From contig MNCI01000556.1 of assembly GCA_015680685.1 (NCBI GenBank), forward strand, positions 1,251,931-1,315,930: DNA of 64,000 nt. The letters are read 5' to 3'. Shown here in pieces: positions 12,469-25,819 of this stretch. Each line of letters starts with the position of its first letter. The stretch's first letter is position 1. Origin of the DNA: Gnetum montanum (taxonomy: Eukaryota > Plantae > Gnetophyta). The position numbers and the translations under genes were made by a program. Under the pieces are notes generated by a model, which saw only the letters and a program-made list of their open reading frames with translations, ran no database searches and was not told the origin of the DNA.

Positions 12469-13517
12469 ATGGCCTTGATGCCATTGTAGAGCATGGCAAC
12501 ATAGTGATATCTTCTAGGCAACCTCAATGCCTCCAAGTACGACACAATCGATTAGCTATGCTCCACCATCTTAGCACTCAAGAACAAAGGAATATAGATG
12601 GTGTCTAACATCATCATCAATCATAGGATGGCATCAAAGTAGGACTCATAGGGAAAATGATGCATCTTTGAGTATGCAACCAACAATGAAAAGCTTGATT
12701 AGGATGGCTAGGTCATTTGCCCCAATGACCAACCCTACAACTATGGCAGCAAAAACACCAACATTGTCAAGGATTACATGGTAGCACCAGACATGGATCA
12801 CAAGAATTTGACTATGTAGAAGGAGCTCACTAATTGGCTTAACTGGCTTAAGTCTAACATTAGTTTCCAACATTGGTGCTTCAATTTCATTAAGGGCTAC
12901 ATCGACAACATCCTTAGTAATGCCTACATGGATGGAACCTCAGTAGGCTTCTGCATTTGTGAGTATTTCAACAAAGACATTGGCAAGGTCACCAAATGAA
13001 TCAGCTTCACTAACTAAAAATAAGGGACCTTAAATTTCCCCATTAAAGGAATCATTCAGAACACTATTGATAACAACAATTTCAGTTCCCTTAACAATGG
13101 TGGAAAACCCAATGACATCATTGGTGCCAACCTTGACAAGATCATCACTTTCATGGATAATCATGATACAACACCTCCATAGAGCCATTGGTCATTTCCC
13201 AGTGATGGTGAGAAGATTTTATGGGGCTACACTTACATCTTCACTCACCTATGTGTGTCTTCCATCTTCTACAATCGCATCATGGATCCTAACTACAAGA
13301 ATGCCATCATCAAATTGGACAACATTCACCAGCACAAAAAACTCACTTATCTCTCCAACATCAATGTGAAGGCTACCTAGTTGGGACTATACATTTCCAT
13401 GATAGATGACAACGTATTGGTTAAAATTAGGTTCAACAATTATATGGGCTCCAAACTCGCTCTACCAACTTCAAACTTGTCACCTTTGGTGATGGCTAGG
13501 CTATCTGGGAAAAGTAG
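12469..13517 (+). pseudogene. alpha-amylase (GH13, plant AMY1-like), 5'-truncated pseudogene
   Basis: YLLG.LNASKY, IIINHR, APDMDH, ELTNWLNWLKS..FIKGY, FPIKGI, TFMDNHDT, WSFPSD..GYTYIFTH..IFY, VLVKI, AIWEK*; many stops and frameshifts. Confidence 0.9.
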
Positions 13518-13927
13518 TAAATCTTTGCCAGGCATGGCTTGAATTACCCATCCTCTACTATGATCTACCCTATCCTATATTTAATTTATATCACATGCAT
13601 AATTTTAAATTTTAAATTATAATTTACAATAGAATCATTTATCTTAAAGGAATTTGAAGTGGTCCCTGCATCATATTCTTTTACTTCATCATTTTCATCT
13701 TGAAGGATTCTTTGTTAATGTACGTATGTATAGTCACATAATATTCCAATGAGAAGTTGCTAGAGTGAATAGTTGATTGTTTAATGTCTATAATTATTCT
13801 AATGTCTCTATTAGGTATATGATATAGGATGTACTTATAGTCATTCTTTTAGGTTCCAACACCGTACCTACCCCATCCCTCCACCCCATAATCTTCTAAT
13901 TATACATGAAGTAAATAAGGTCTTCAT

Positions 13928-15485
13928 TGTTATGACCAAAAACCTTGATTTTTGGAATGAAAACCAAGGATCCTCAATGCAATTAGTTCCCCAACCATGA
14001 ATCCCCATGGCCTCCAAGATAAGAATGGGATTCTAAGCATCTTGGCTGAACTAGCAAATCAACAAGGCACTTATGAGATGCAAAACATGGAAATATGAAC
14101 AAATTTGAATAATGTAGAAATAATAAAATTATTTCTGAATACAAAAATCAAAACATAAAACTTTATTGAAAAAATAATAAAGAATATGTTAGAGAAATGT
14201 GTACAAATGATGCTTGGATGAGCAAAAAGGAGGTTCACTTATGCAAGAGTTCAAAGCCCATTAAAGCCAAGGTGATTCACTCCACGATCTAGATGCTAAG
14301 CCATTCTTGATGTTATCAAACCATATTTTCCTATTGAAACATTGGATCTACCAATTGGGTCACTACTGGAGGGGTGAGAAAGATTGAATATTTAGATGCC
14401 AAGTTGCTCCACGCTGGGTTTAGAATCCTAGAAGTATAATATTAACATCAAAAGTTCTATCAAATCTCAAGGCCTCACTACTTCCATGCTGGGGTTCAAG
14501 AGAATGCATGTATGGGAACTTGTAAGATCTCTTGAGTGAATAAAAATTCCTCAAGTTTGGAATCATGTGTATGAAAATTTCTTGAGAATAGCTTGTTCAA
14601 AAAATGTTTAACTTGCTAAAAAATTCTAAAACCTCCAAATGATGTTTGATGTTGGCATTTATAGGATTTTTGGCCATGATTGGGGCTGTAAATTGGCTAT
14701 AAAATGGCTACAAATTTAGGTGAGAGGGGTGCCCAAATTTTGGAGGTTACTATACATAGTAACTGCTTCACCCATGGCCTTTTCATTTACTATAAATAGT
14801 AATTAGGGCACACCTTTCACGCTAGAGATAAATCTTCCATGCTAAGCTCTCCCCCATGCTTGTTAAAGTGGCTAGTCAATGTTGATGTGAATGAATTGAT
14901 GAATTTTGCTCCTTGTGGATTTCATGTTGGGGGATTGAATTTTCCACATTGGGGATGAAACTTTCCAAGTTGGTGGAGAAGTTTCCATACTTTAGGGGGG
15001 AGGGACGAGGGACTTTGACATTGGGGGAAAACATTCTAGGTTACGGGAAAAGTTTCCAAGCTAGGGAAAAGTTTCTAAGTTGTGCATTTGATCTTCACAT
15101 TGAAGGAGGAAATTTTTCAAAACCCCCCACCCTTCCATATTGGTGGTAGGTAAGATCTACCCCCCTATAGGCCTTTCAACCTTAGAAAAATGCATACCCC
15201 TCATAAAACCCAACAAATTTTCCTTTCTAACATTCCAAAAGGCATTTTTGACCACCCACCTCCCACCAAATCCCAAATATAGATACTAGGTGACTTTTTT
15301 CACTTGGGGATTCAAGCTTTGACCACATATGAGGCATTTATTAGCCCCAAAAGTATAAATTATGTGAAATTTCCCATTGTGGATTATAATTCTTACATTT
15401 ACAATAAAATTTTACCTCGATTTTTATGGGGTGAAAGCTACATCATGAAGATTGGTTATAACATGCAAAATTATGTGGTGTTTCA
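13928..15485 (-). repeat. 3' LTR of Tat-1
   Basis: TG..CA termini; 14815-15485 repeated at 21870-22480; PPT adjacent. Confidence 0.8.
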
Positions 15486-15739
15486 ATGGCCCCTATTTGT
15501 TGGTTCCTCCAAGATTGACCCAAGAGGAATCAACAAAGAATAAAAAACATCACTACATATTATAACACCATAATGCATATAGTCCACATGAGAATCAGCC
15601 TATCCAAGTTACCAATGTTGGTAGTTTAAGGTTGTGGCAGGTCATGGCACTAGTTTAAGGCCCTAGAAGGTTGTGTTGCTAGTTTAATGTTGTAGTAGAT
15701 CTTTGAAAGCAAGCTCACTTGTTGAAAATATATTGGCCT

Positions 15740-18700
15740 CATGTAGTATGGATTTAGCTAGGAATGGTTGACTAGATTGGCCAACTCATTTCCATTCATG
15801 TTAGCTATTCTGAATGCTTCATTCTAATAGGCTTTGGTGATAAGAAAGAACCCTTCCTAGTTGACTAAAAACTTGTCCATGTTCTCACAGATGGCCTTGA
15901 GGACTAGGTCCCCCTCCTTGATCCTTCACATGGTCAAGTCATGGTGATGTTGTCTCTTTTTCCTCTCTTGATATTGCTCAATGTGAGTAAGAGCTTGCAT
16001 ATGCTACTCCTCTACTAAATCCAAGTCTGCCATCTACAACTCCTCACTCTTCTTATCATTGATGAAGTTGGCCAAGGCTACTTAGAGTGATAGTACTTGC
16101 AATTCAAGAGGTAAAATAACTTTAAAACCATAAACAAGGCTATAAGGGGTCATGTCAATTGTTGTGTGATAGGTTGTTCTATATGCCCATAGTACATGGA
16201 CAAGCTGCTCATGCCAGCTCCACTTACCATTGTTGAGCATCTTCTTGAGTAAGTTGATGATGACCTTGTTGCTTACTTTTTCTGATCCATTGGCTTAAGG
16301 GTAGTAAGGTGATGAGAAAGAATGCTTAATTCCTGGGTCATGATAGAAATCCTTGGTTTCTTAGCTACTACATTAAGGTCCATTGTCTATAACTATGGTC
16401 ATGGGTATGCCAAAATAAGCTACAATGTTGTCTAGGATAAATTTGCAAACTTGTTTCAGATGTGGTCTTCCTTAGGGGAATGGCCTCAATGCACTTGGTA
16501 AAGTATTTAGTTCTGGTGATGATGAAGCTATGTCCTATGGAAGACTAAGGTGTTATGGGTCTAATCAAATCCACTACCCCTCATTGAAATGACCACATTA
16601 TCTAGGTTGTATGTAACTGAATTGGTGATACATGGATCAAGTTGTTATATCATTGGCATGTATCACATCGCTTAACCTTTTGCAAGCAACCATTTTCCAT
16701 ACGAGGCCAATAGTAGCTGAAATTTCTAATCTTAGAGGTCATGGCTTTAGGTCCTATATGTTCTTCATAAATACCCTTTCAAACCTCCTCTATAACTATT
16801 CTAGCTTTTGTTTTACCTAATTACTTTAGGAGTATGCCATAATAGGATTTTCGATATGATGTGTTATCACCTACAATGACTTACTAATTCAATTTCTTAT
16901 GTATAGTATCCTTTGAAGTAGTTATGCCTGCTAAGGATTCTCCATGCATAAGGTAAAATTTGATATAGGCATACCACTCCTTGGGAGGAGTAGTATGAAT
17001 GATCACCATAAAGGTATCCTCAGTGTTCTATTTGATGGAAGTAGCACAAACCATAGTTAAGGTGCACAACTTACTATACACACTAGGAGTCACACTAAGG
17101 ACTACTGTTACAATTGCATTAGCTACGGTGTTTTTTTTTTTGAGGCATGTATTGGATATCAACATCTATGAAGTGTTGTAATAACTAGCTCCTGAGATCA
17201 CAATAAGGTTGTAACTGCTTAGCTTTGCATGCATAGACTTTATTTACTTGGTTAAACACAAGTTGTGAATCATCTTTGATGGCTAGGCATCTAATTCCTA
17301 GGTCATGAGCTACCATTATCCCTCTGACCAAACCCTCATAATCTACTGTGTTGTTGGTACATGGAACCAAAAATGATAGGAAAAGGATTTGGATTTCACT
17401 AGATGGGAATGTTATGATATTTGAAACACTAGCCCCATGGGCAACAACTCTTGGGAACTTGGCTAACTATGTTAATGTGTTCATTAGGGAAGTTAGGGTC
17501 TATGGCTACTTGGTCATCGCTAGGTGAAACTGTGAGTTGTATGACTATAGCTTGACCATTTGTTGATGATTGAAAGATGTAATGGAGGTCAAACTCTATA
17601 ACTATACCATAACATCAAGCTATGTGGCTACTTTCATAGATGTTGGTTGTTATGGCTCTAAGTATGTTGTGCTTGCAAATTACGTTGACTTGGCTTCTGA
17701 AGAGGTAGTGTCTTCATTTCTTCAAAGAGAAGAATAATACTAAATAATAATTCTCCACCTCAGCGTATTAGGTCTCATGGGTAACTAGAGCATGGCTAAG
17801 GTAGTATATAGGTATTTTTGCTCCATCCTCACATTTTTGAGAAAGTAGAAAGGCAATGGATGTATTAGAGATGGTGAGATAAATGTAAAATGATTTACCT
17901 CCTTATGGAGGATAGACTATTGGTAGTTGTTTCAACTCTTGCTTAAGGTTTTCAAAGACCTCTTAGCATTGACCCATCCATTCATAGTGAAATCCTTTCT
18001 TAAGCAAGTATTACATGGACTATAACTTATCCATAAGCCTAGCAATAAACCTACAAATAAACTATAATATACCTTGTAATCCCCAAAGGTATTTAAGGTC
18101 AGTAGGTGTTGGCAATTTGGATATGGCTTTAAACTTATTAGGATCTATGCATATCCTTGCTTTAGAGACCACAAAGCTAAGCATCTTATTGGTATTGATA
18201 CTAAAGACACACTTTTTAGGACTGAGCCTAAGCTCATATTTGAGATAGCATTTAAGCACAAGATCTAAGTCATTAGCATGGTCATCGAATATCTTAGACT
18301 TCATAGCTATGTCATCTACATAGTCATTAAGAAAACCTAACATGTAAACACTAAAGATATAGGTTATGGCTCTCTGGTATGTTGCTCTAGCATTCTTAAG
18401 GCCAAAGGACATCATGGTATAATAAAAATTTATTCATGGGCTAATAAAGGTCATGCTAAGTTGGTGCTCTAGGTTGATCCTAATTTGGTTATATCATGAG
18501 AATCCATGCAACAAAAAGGCATGTCTAACTATAGTATCAATACTTGCTTTATTTTGGTCTTAAAAATTGATGTAAATATGAATACTTTCATTTTTATTAG
18601 CAACTATCACTATGTTGGATATCCATTCTGCATAATTAACAACCCTAATGAAACTTGCATGGTAGAGCTTTGAGATTTCATTGCAGACTACCAAGGGAAA

Positions 18701-19150
18701 ATTAGGTTTAATCTTGTGTAGTTTTTTCTTAACTGATCTAATCATAGGATCCAGTATGATGTTGTTCTAGACTATAAATTGGTCTAGGCCTAGCATATCT
18801 TCATATGACCAATAAAATGCATTACTATTTCTTTGTAAGACATTGGTGATGTTTTGGACATATTAAGGCTCTAGTGAGGAACTTAGTTAAAGGGTTTTCT
18901 CCTCACCACTATGTGTCATTATAGGAACCTTAACTAGAGAGTCTTTGGTTATGTCCCTTGCTTCTAAGTCAAGGGTTTTAACTAGGTTTTCAGGCCATTC
19001 TAGAGGTTTCTCCATTGAGGCTATGTGGTTTGCAAGACTCTTAGGCTCAAGATCTAGGAAATTAGGATTGATACATTGTTTAATATTACCATGAGGTCCA
19101 TCTAGACACAGAGGCAAATTGATTTGCTCTTAGCTACTCATACTTTGATC
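15740..19150 (-). pseudogene. pol (RT, RNase H, archaeal-type RNase H, integrase) of Tat-1
   Basis: WISNIVIV, MSFGLKNARATYQRA..YVDD, CTNNTVDYEGL..GI..DSQLV (aRH), SSPYYP.ANG and TAYRT-like integrase motifs; homologous to 61530-64000. Confidence 0.9.
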
Positions 19151-19376
19151 CTACATATCAACCAAAAGCATATTAAGTAGCACCTAGGTAATAGTGAATA
19201 AATAATGTTAAAATTCCATAAAACATATGCAAATCTAATGCAATCAAGGCCATCCAAGGTCATCAATGCGATAAGGTCAATTTAGAAAAGTGTAATAGAG
19301 GTGAACAAAGGTCACATAAAGGTCAAACAAGGTGAAATATAATGCTACAAATGGTTAATAAAGGCCACAATTTTTC

Positions 19377-19636
19377 TAGTTTAAGGCCTTAGTGGGCCAT
19401 GATGCTAGTTTAGAGTCTTGGTGGACTATGATGTCAATTTAAGGCCTTATGAAGCCATGATGCTAGTTTAGAGTCTTGGTGGACTATGATTCCAATTTAA
19501 GGCCTTAGTGGGCCATGATGCTAGTTTAAATTCTTGGTGGAATATGATGCCATTTTAAGGCCTTAGTAGGCCATGATGCCAATTTTAAATCATGGTGGAC
19601 TATGATGCTAGTTTATGGTCTTAGCAGGACATGGTC
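19377..19636. repeat. tandem array of ~9 x 29-bp units with A/B alternation
   Basis: Units TAGTTTAAGGCCTTAGTGGGCCATGATGC / TAGTTTAGAGTCTTGGTGGACTATGATGT. Confidence 0.9.
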
Positions 19637-21869
19637 ATATGGTATTAAACAGTAGTCAAGGAAGGTCAAACCCCAATATTTAATATCATTTAAAGGCCAA
19701 ACAAAGGCAAATAGAGCTATAATAAGACAAATGAAGAACATATAATGTTGTATAAAGGCCATAGAAGGTCAACAAGGTCCTCAAAGCAACATAAGTCCAA
19801 AGACAATGCAAAACATTATGTAATAAGTCAAAAAATCAAACAAAATAAGCTATATATGATAATATTAAGCTAATATAGATTTAAAATGGCTAGGGTTTTC
19901 TAGTTTTAAGCCTTAATAGGGCATGTTTTGAAGGTACAAGGATATTAGGTGAGTTCAAGCATTAATTAATGCTATTTCTAGGCTATTTAGATCCAAAATC
20001 TAGTGTTTTAGGGCTTCCATATTGGGTTCAACATGGAAATAAGGGCCCTTACTATGAAGACTAAGGAAAATAGTTTAGTTATGCTAAGAGGTATAAGATT
20101 GAGATCCCATGACCTTCCCAAGATAGTGCAAGGTTAGATCCATCAAAATTGGGTTCCCTAGAGGTCTATGAAGGCCAAAAAGTAGGTTTTGAAGCCTTCC
20201 CCCCTTGTTTCCACATTGGCTAGCAAAGAAAAAATGGGGTTTAGCATAGAAAACTAAACTCCAAGTAAAAATAAGATCAAAAAAGTAGCTAGAATCTAGA
20301 TTTGAAACATTTACATCTCTCAACTTGGTTTTGAGGTGATTTGAGGGCATTTTGAGGGCCAATAGGTGTTGAAATTGCTTTCCCAATTTTAGCACGTTGA
20401 GTATAGTGTTCTCAGCATGGAAAAATAAGAGGACACTTATTTTATGAATTCAATGTGATTTTGGGGCACTTTGACTAGGTTTCTAGGGCCCTAGGCCTAT
20501 AGACTTTGATTCTACAAGTTTCTAGCTAATTTTAGACATGCTTGAAGGTTGTTTAAGGGTACTTAAGGTATTTTCCTACTTGTTTCCATGCTAGGGAAGT
20601 TACCCTAGTGTCGAAGAAGAAAGAATCATATATCTAGACTAATTTGGATCATAATCAATTGTGCATGTTACCTCCTTGGGTTCCCAAGGTTAAGGGTTAT
20701 GGATCCATGTCAAAATTTAGTAGTTTTGGGCATCAATAAGTAGTTTTATGGATTTCCCCATTTCTTCCACAATAGGGATGGAAATATTAGTGTGGAAAAT
20801 AAGGGAAAATGGATTTTTAACCTTCTAACATCAATTTCCTAAATTTTGAAACTCCAAATGATGCTGGTAGGGTCTTAGAGAGTATAAAAGGTTGTTTGAT
20901 GTCATTTTTAGGTGTTTAAGAGCCTCAAATAAGTTTCCTTTTGATTTTCTAGATTGGAAATACCATCCTCAACATAGAAAAAGGGACCATCAATGTGGAA
21001 GAACCATGTATCTTAGATCTAAGATAATTTTAACCTTAATCAACTTTGCATATTAGCCTATGGGGTTGCTAAGGTAAAGGGCTAGGGCTTGGTGTTAAGG
21101 TTTTTTCATTTTGAGTATTTCTAAGTGTTTTTAGACTCCCCCCCCCCCCCCCCCCCACCCCTTTCCTTTTCTCTATTTTGTGGATTTCATGCTCAATGTG
21201 AAAAATTGGGGGGAAAGCTTTTTGATTAATTTTTTCCACTTTCAATCATGCATGCTATTTTCTAAGGTCACCAATGGTAACTATTACTACTTCATGTCAA
21301 AATTTGGTTGTATCAAGATTGATAAGGATTTTTTTTTCGACTTTTCCAAAATTTTCCATGCTAGGGCTTCCATGCTCAGCATTGAAAAATAGTCATTTTT
21401 TGTTGTTTTCAAGCATGCATGCAAGCTTCCAACATTGCTAGCATTGATTGCTAGCATCTTATGTTAAAATTTGATTATTTAAAGGTTCATAAGGTGGTTT
21501 TTCAACATCCCCCCTTTTTTCCACACTAAGGATTCAATTCTTAGCATGGAAAATTGGGGGGAAAAGCTTTTTGATCACTTTTGATCAATTTTGGTCATGC
21601 ATGTGTGCTTATAGGATTGCCAATATTGACTGCTACCATCTGACATTGAAATTTGATTGTTTCAAGGGTCATAAGGAATGTTTTGGGGTTCCTCCTTCTT
21701 CCACACTAGGGCTTCCATGATCAATGTGGAAAATTAGGTGAAAATATTTTTTGATCATTTTTTATCAATGTGGGTATGCATGACTGCTCATAGGGTTGTT
21801 AATGTTAACCATTAGTGCCTAAGGTCAAGATCTAATCATTTTGAAGGTTGTGAGGGGGTTTATAGGGTT

Positions 21870-22480
21870 TCTTCCATGCTGGAGATGAATTTTCCATGCT
21901 GAGGTCTCCACCATGCTTATTGAAGTGGTTGGTCAATGTTGAAGTGCATGAATTGATCAAGTTTTCTCCTTGTGGCTTCCACCTTGGGGGATTGAATTTT
22001 CCATGCTGGGTGGAAAACTTTCCAAGCTAGAGGACAAGTTTCCAAGGTAGGGGAAAACTTTCTAGGTTGGGGGGAAAGTTTCCACACCAAGAAAGGAAAC
22101 TTCTACATTGGGGGAAAAATTTCCAAGCTAGGAGAAATTTTTCAAGTTGTGCACTTGGTCTCCACATTGAAGGGGAAACAGTTTTCCAACCTCCCATACT
22201 TCCACATTATGGGTAGGTGAGATCTACCCTCCTAAAATTGTTTCAATCATAGAAAAATGCATACCCCCTATAAAATCCATCAAATTACCCTTTTGGCATT
22301 ACAAAAGGCATTTTGGAACACTTCTTCCCCCCCCCNCAGCTCCAAAAGTATAAATTATGTGAAATTACCCATTGTGGGTTACAATTTTCTAATTTACAAT
22401 GAAGTTTTACATTAGGTTTCATGGGATGAAAGCTACATGCTTAATATTGGTTATAAAATGCAAAATTTCGTGGTGTTTCA
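21870..22480 (-). repeat. partial 5' LTR (U3 part) of Tat-1
   Basis: Colinear with 14815-15485; homology ends near 21870. Confidence 0.8.
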
Positions 22481-22871
22481 GCCATAATATTCTAATTATA
22501 TAGTAAGTAAATAAGGTTATAATAAAATTCTCATCCTTTCATGAGAGTTCCAACCTTAATCATACATATATAAATGATAGATTTTTTTTACTAAGTATAA
22601 TGTTAGACCATAATCTTACGCTTGACATTTAGTTTCAAAGTGTTAGTACCTCAAGCATTCAAGGTGTTATAAAAATAAAAAAGAAGAAAATTTGTATTAA
22701 CTATCAATACAAATAACAATAACATATTTTACTTATTAATGACTGAAGTACAAGATTTTCTATCTTCCCAACTTTGGTTCTTTTGTAAATAAATTTTTTT
22801 AATCTTTTGGTTATTTTCTTCTCCTTCTTTAGGAGTAGATCTTTTTCTTCCTTACATACATGTTGAATATA

Positions 22872-23036
22872 GAGGGGCCACCACTTGAAGTAAGATGCTT
22901 GTTTCTCAAATCATAAGACTGAGGTTTAAGCCTAAGGGTAACCACTCAAAAGAGGTTATGTTTTTGCTCATCCATCAATCCTCCCAGGACCTTACCTTGG
23001 TGGGATGAGCATTGAGCCTCTAGGTGATGATCCTTT
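22872..23036 (+). mobile_element. degenerate Au-like tRNA-derived SINE
   Basis: ~165 bp; GAGGGG start, box-B-like GGTTTAAGCC, 3' CCTCCCAGGACCTTACCTTGGTGGGA..CCTTT similar to Au SINE ends. Confidence 0.45.
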
Positions 23037-23149
23037 ACATACATATTACACATAAGAGTATTCCTAGACTAAATAGTTTCAAAGAGGAAAGACTCTTTAA
23101 CTTTCAACTTCAATCATTTCTTTAGTTAATAATTTCATAGACAACCATT

Positions 23150-24700
23150 TATAAGTTAATATTATTTAAATAACTTATGATAACTTTATCCATTTACAAC
23201 ATAATATAAACAAATCACTAAAGTATGAATTGCACATAACACTCCTTCTTAATTCATAATTCATTATTATTTAACAAACTACACATAACATGACTTTAGC
23301 AATGATGTGAACTATAAAGAAAAACTATGATATAGTGAGCCAAGAGTGATGCCCAATCTCTAGACTCAATACCATAATCTTAATAATGAATGATTTAGAA
23401 AACTCTTTTAACTTATATTCTCAAGACTCTATTTCTTACTCACTTTACTTTGCAAGTGACAAAATGATATATAAACAATCTTAGAAGATATTAAAAGGCT
23501 ATTTAGCAAATGCATTTATAGTACTATATTATTTTTAAGAGTTTGTAAATATATATTGAATATCCACATACTTATTTGACTATTTCTATCTCATGAAACA
23601 CACAATTATTTAATGTCCTTGTTCTAAACATGGTATACCAAAGTTTTCATCACTTTAATTATACCTTGAATAATAATGGGCTTTGATACTTACACTCCAA
23701 TTTCTATAAGTAATTATTTAATTGACATCATATCTTGAACTATTTCTCATAAGACTAGCTATTATACTTCCATAGAGGATAGCAAATTGCTCTTTTTTAT
23801 GTTGTTGCATCAATTTACTATATTTTTTAAGTAGCAAAGCCAAAAAGCTTGTTTGTAAACTTCTATCTAGTGAGTCACCATCCCATTTAATATCAATATA
23901 TACATTAAGAACATTGGATCATGGACTTTAAACTTGAGTTCATATGTGATTATAGTCTTTATGTGATCATGTTTCCACTTTAGTTCTATATTAAGATATC
24001 AATGAGCAAAACTAAGTTAAAATGTAGCAAATTTTAAAGAAAGTTAATATTTATAATGCTTCATGTCTTGAAGGGTTAACTGGTTACTAAGATATCTTTG
24101 ACATGAAAGAAAAGTAGCATTTGAATCTTCTTATCTTTTATCAAGATATATAGGTTATTATCCTTTTGTAATGTCATGAATCTATAGTTTATTAACAAAT
24201 TTTTAGTTTTATAATACCATACTTTGTATTCTTGTTTAAGCTCCTAAATCATTATCTTTAGTTGACATATGAGCTTTGTATCCAAGAAAAATCATTTTGG
24301 ATGCCCTATATAAATCCCTTCATTTAGTTCACCATACAAGAAACTAATTTTACATTAATTCAATGTATATTCCAATTAAATTTCATAAAAAATAAAAGAA
24401 TTTTTTATATTGTTACCATATAATTTGTTAGTCTAAAATGTTTCTTAGTAGTCTACTATGTTTCTCAGTGAAATTATTTTGGCTACTAATCATGTCTTGC
24501 ATTTATTAAGTAATTCATATTTCATTAGCTTTGTCTTATATATCAATCATTTTTTAATAGCTTATCTTATATTTTGATAAGAAATCAATCCTCACACTTC
24601 CAATTTTATCATCATCATAATTTCTACCTCCATTACGCTTTTTTCCAATGTGGTATCATAAGTGATTGATTCATAGTCTTCGGTACTTGCTTATCTAGTT
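23150..24700 (-). mobile_element. highly decayed hAT transposase remnant
   Basis: Minus-strand peptides resembling BED (..PSRHE), DYGIESR and LCAIH motifs; boundaries approximate. Confidence 0.4.
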
Positions 24701-25429
24701 TAGAAACACATAGTATAACATCATGTTGGTGCAATTCATAAAACTAGTTCCTGATAAGCCTAGGCTCAATCACTTTAGCATGTTTAATATCTGTAATTGA
24801 TGATTCCTATACAACTAAAATTAGAACCATCATTAAACCCTCAATTCATTTTCAATTTATGAACAATGTGTAAGATAGAAAAACACCACTAAAAACTTCT
24901 CTAATTAATATATGAAAGCATGAAATACATCACAATACAATGTAGAAGGGCTTATGAACACACAAGCTTAGGATCTATAGAAGTTCTAAACCTCCCATTC
25001 ATATTAAAACCTCATAATACTTAGCAATAGATAAAAGGTATGATGCCTAACACATCTCTCAATCTTCACCTCTCAATAGATGATAAATAAGCTATTGAAG
25101 GTCTTACACTATGAAAGCCATTTTCCAAGAGCAAAATTAATCTCAATCCCTATGGCTAGCCATACAACCTTTATTAGTTCCAAAGTTGACTATGATATAG
25201 TATGAGTTACATCCTCCTTTTAGGTCCCTTTCTTTCCTAAAAAATTTATCAAAAGCTAAGTTCTAACTTATTGTGAATCACTATGAGTTGCATGAGCTTA
25301 TAACCATGGACTATGACTAACTACAAGTTGTACCTACCTCACAGGTATTAATCCCAACTCCAAAAAAATTCAAATTAACCTTTGATTAATACTAAAGTTC
25401 AAGAGTTGGCACACTAAAACACATAAAAC

Positions 25430-25819
25430 ATGGTGATAGTAGGAAATTACCACTTGAAATTATGATTATTCCTATCTACTCCTTATAGTCCCTTAATTAC
25501 CATCTGAAGTGTCATCAATATTAATGTGACAAAGGCCTTTGACCCTAGCAGGTTATTCAAAATGTGCTTTGCAATTCCAACAAATGGCATGATGTACAAC
25601 TTTATAGTTATGAAATTGTAGTTGATCAACATAAACATGATGTTGATCCAAGCCAAGAGGATGATGACTTTCATATCAAATGGCTTTGTGATATGTTTGG
25701 TCTTTAGTTTAGCTCATTGTATGATGACCAACTTGATCAACTATCAACATATGATTGTGTTCCTTCTATATAAATTCACAACCTCCAACTCAACTCCACA
25801 AATTGTTGACGAATCCTAA
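25430..25819 (+). pseudogene. A1 aspartic protease (nepenthesin/CDR1-like) C-terminal fragment
   Basis: PYSPL..DPSRLFKMCFAIP..MML..VICLVF..INYQHMIVFLLY resembles the TAXi_C pattern LCF..F..CLAF..GNYQQ.N..YD. Confidence 0.55.

Larger units (their letters stand above)
13928..22480 (-). mobile_element. Tat/Ogre-type Ty3/Gypsy element lacking gag-protease (Tat-1)
   Basis: Minus strand starts TGAAACACCAC (22480) and ends ..CATAACA (13928); RT-RH-aRH-INT pol; PPT-like AAATAGGGGCCAT next to the left LTR. Confidence 0.85.

Noticed and set aside
12646-13369. ORF-track proteins 12646-12873 and 13067-13369
   Set aside because: Antisense or off-frame shadows of the alpha-amylase pseudogene
19377-19636. 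CRISPR-like array next to an RT
   Set aside because: Units are contiguous tandem repeats without unique spacers; eukaryotic Gypsy context; no cas genes
22325-22345. ~80-bp deletion in the right Tat-1 LTR relative to the left
   Set aside because: Coincides with a poly-C run and an N base; likely a sequencing or assembly artefact
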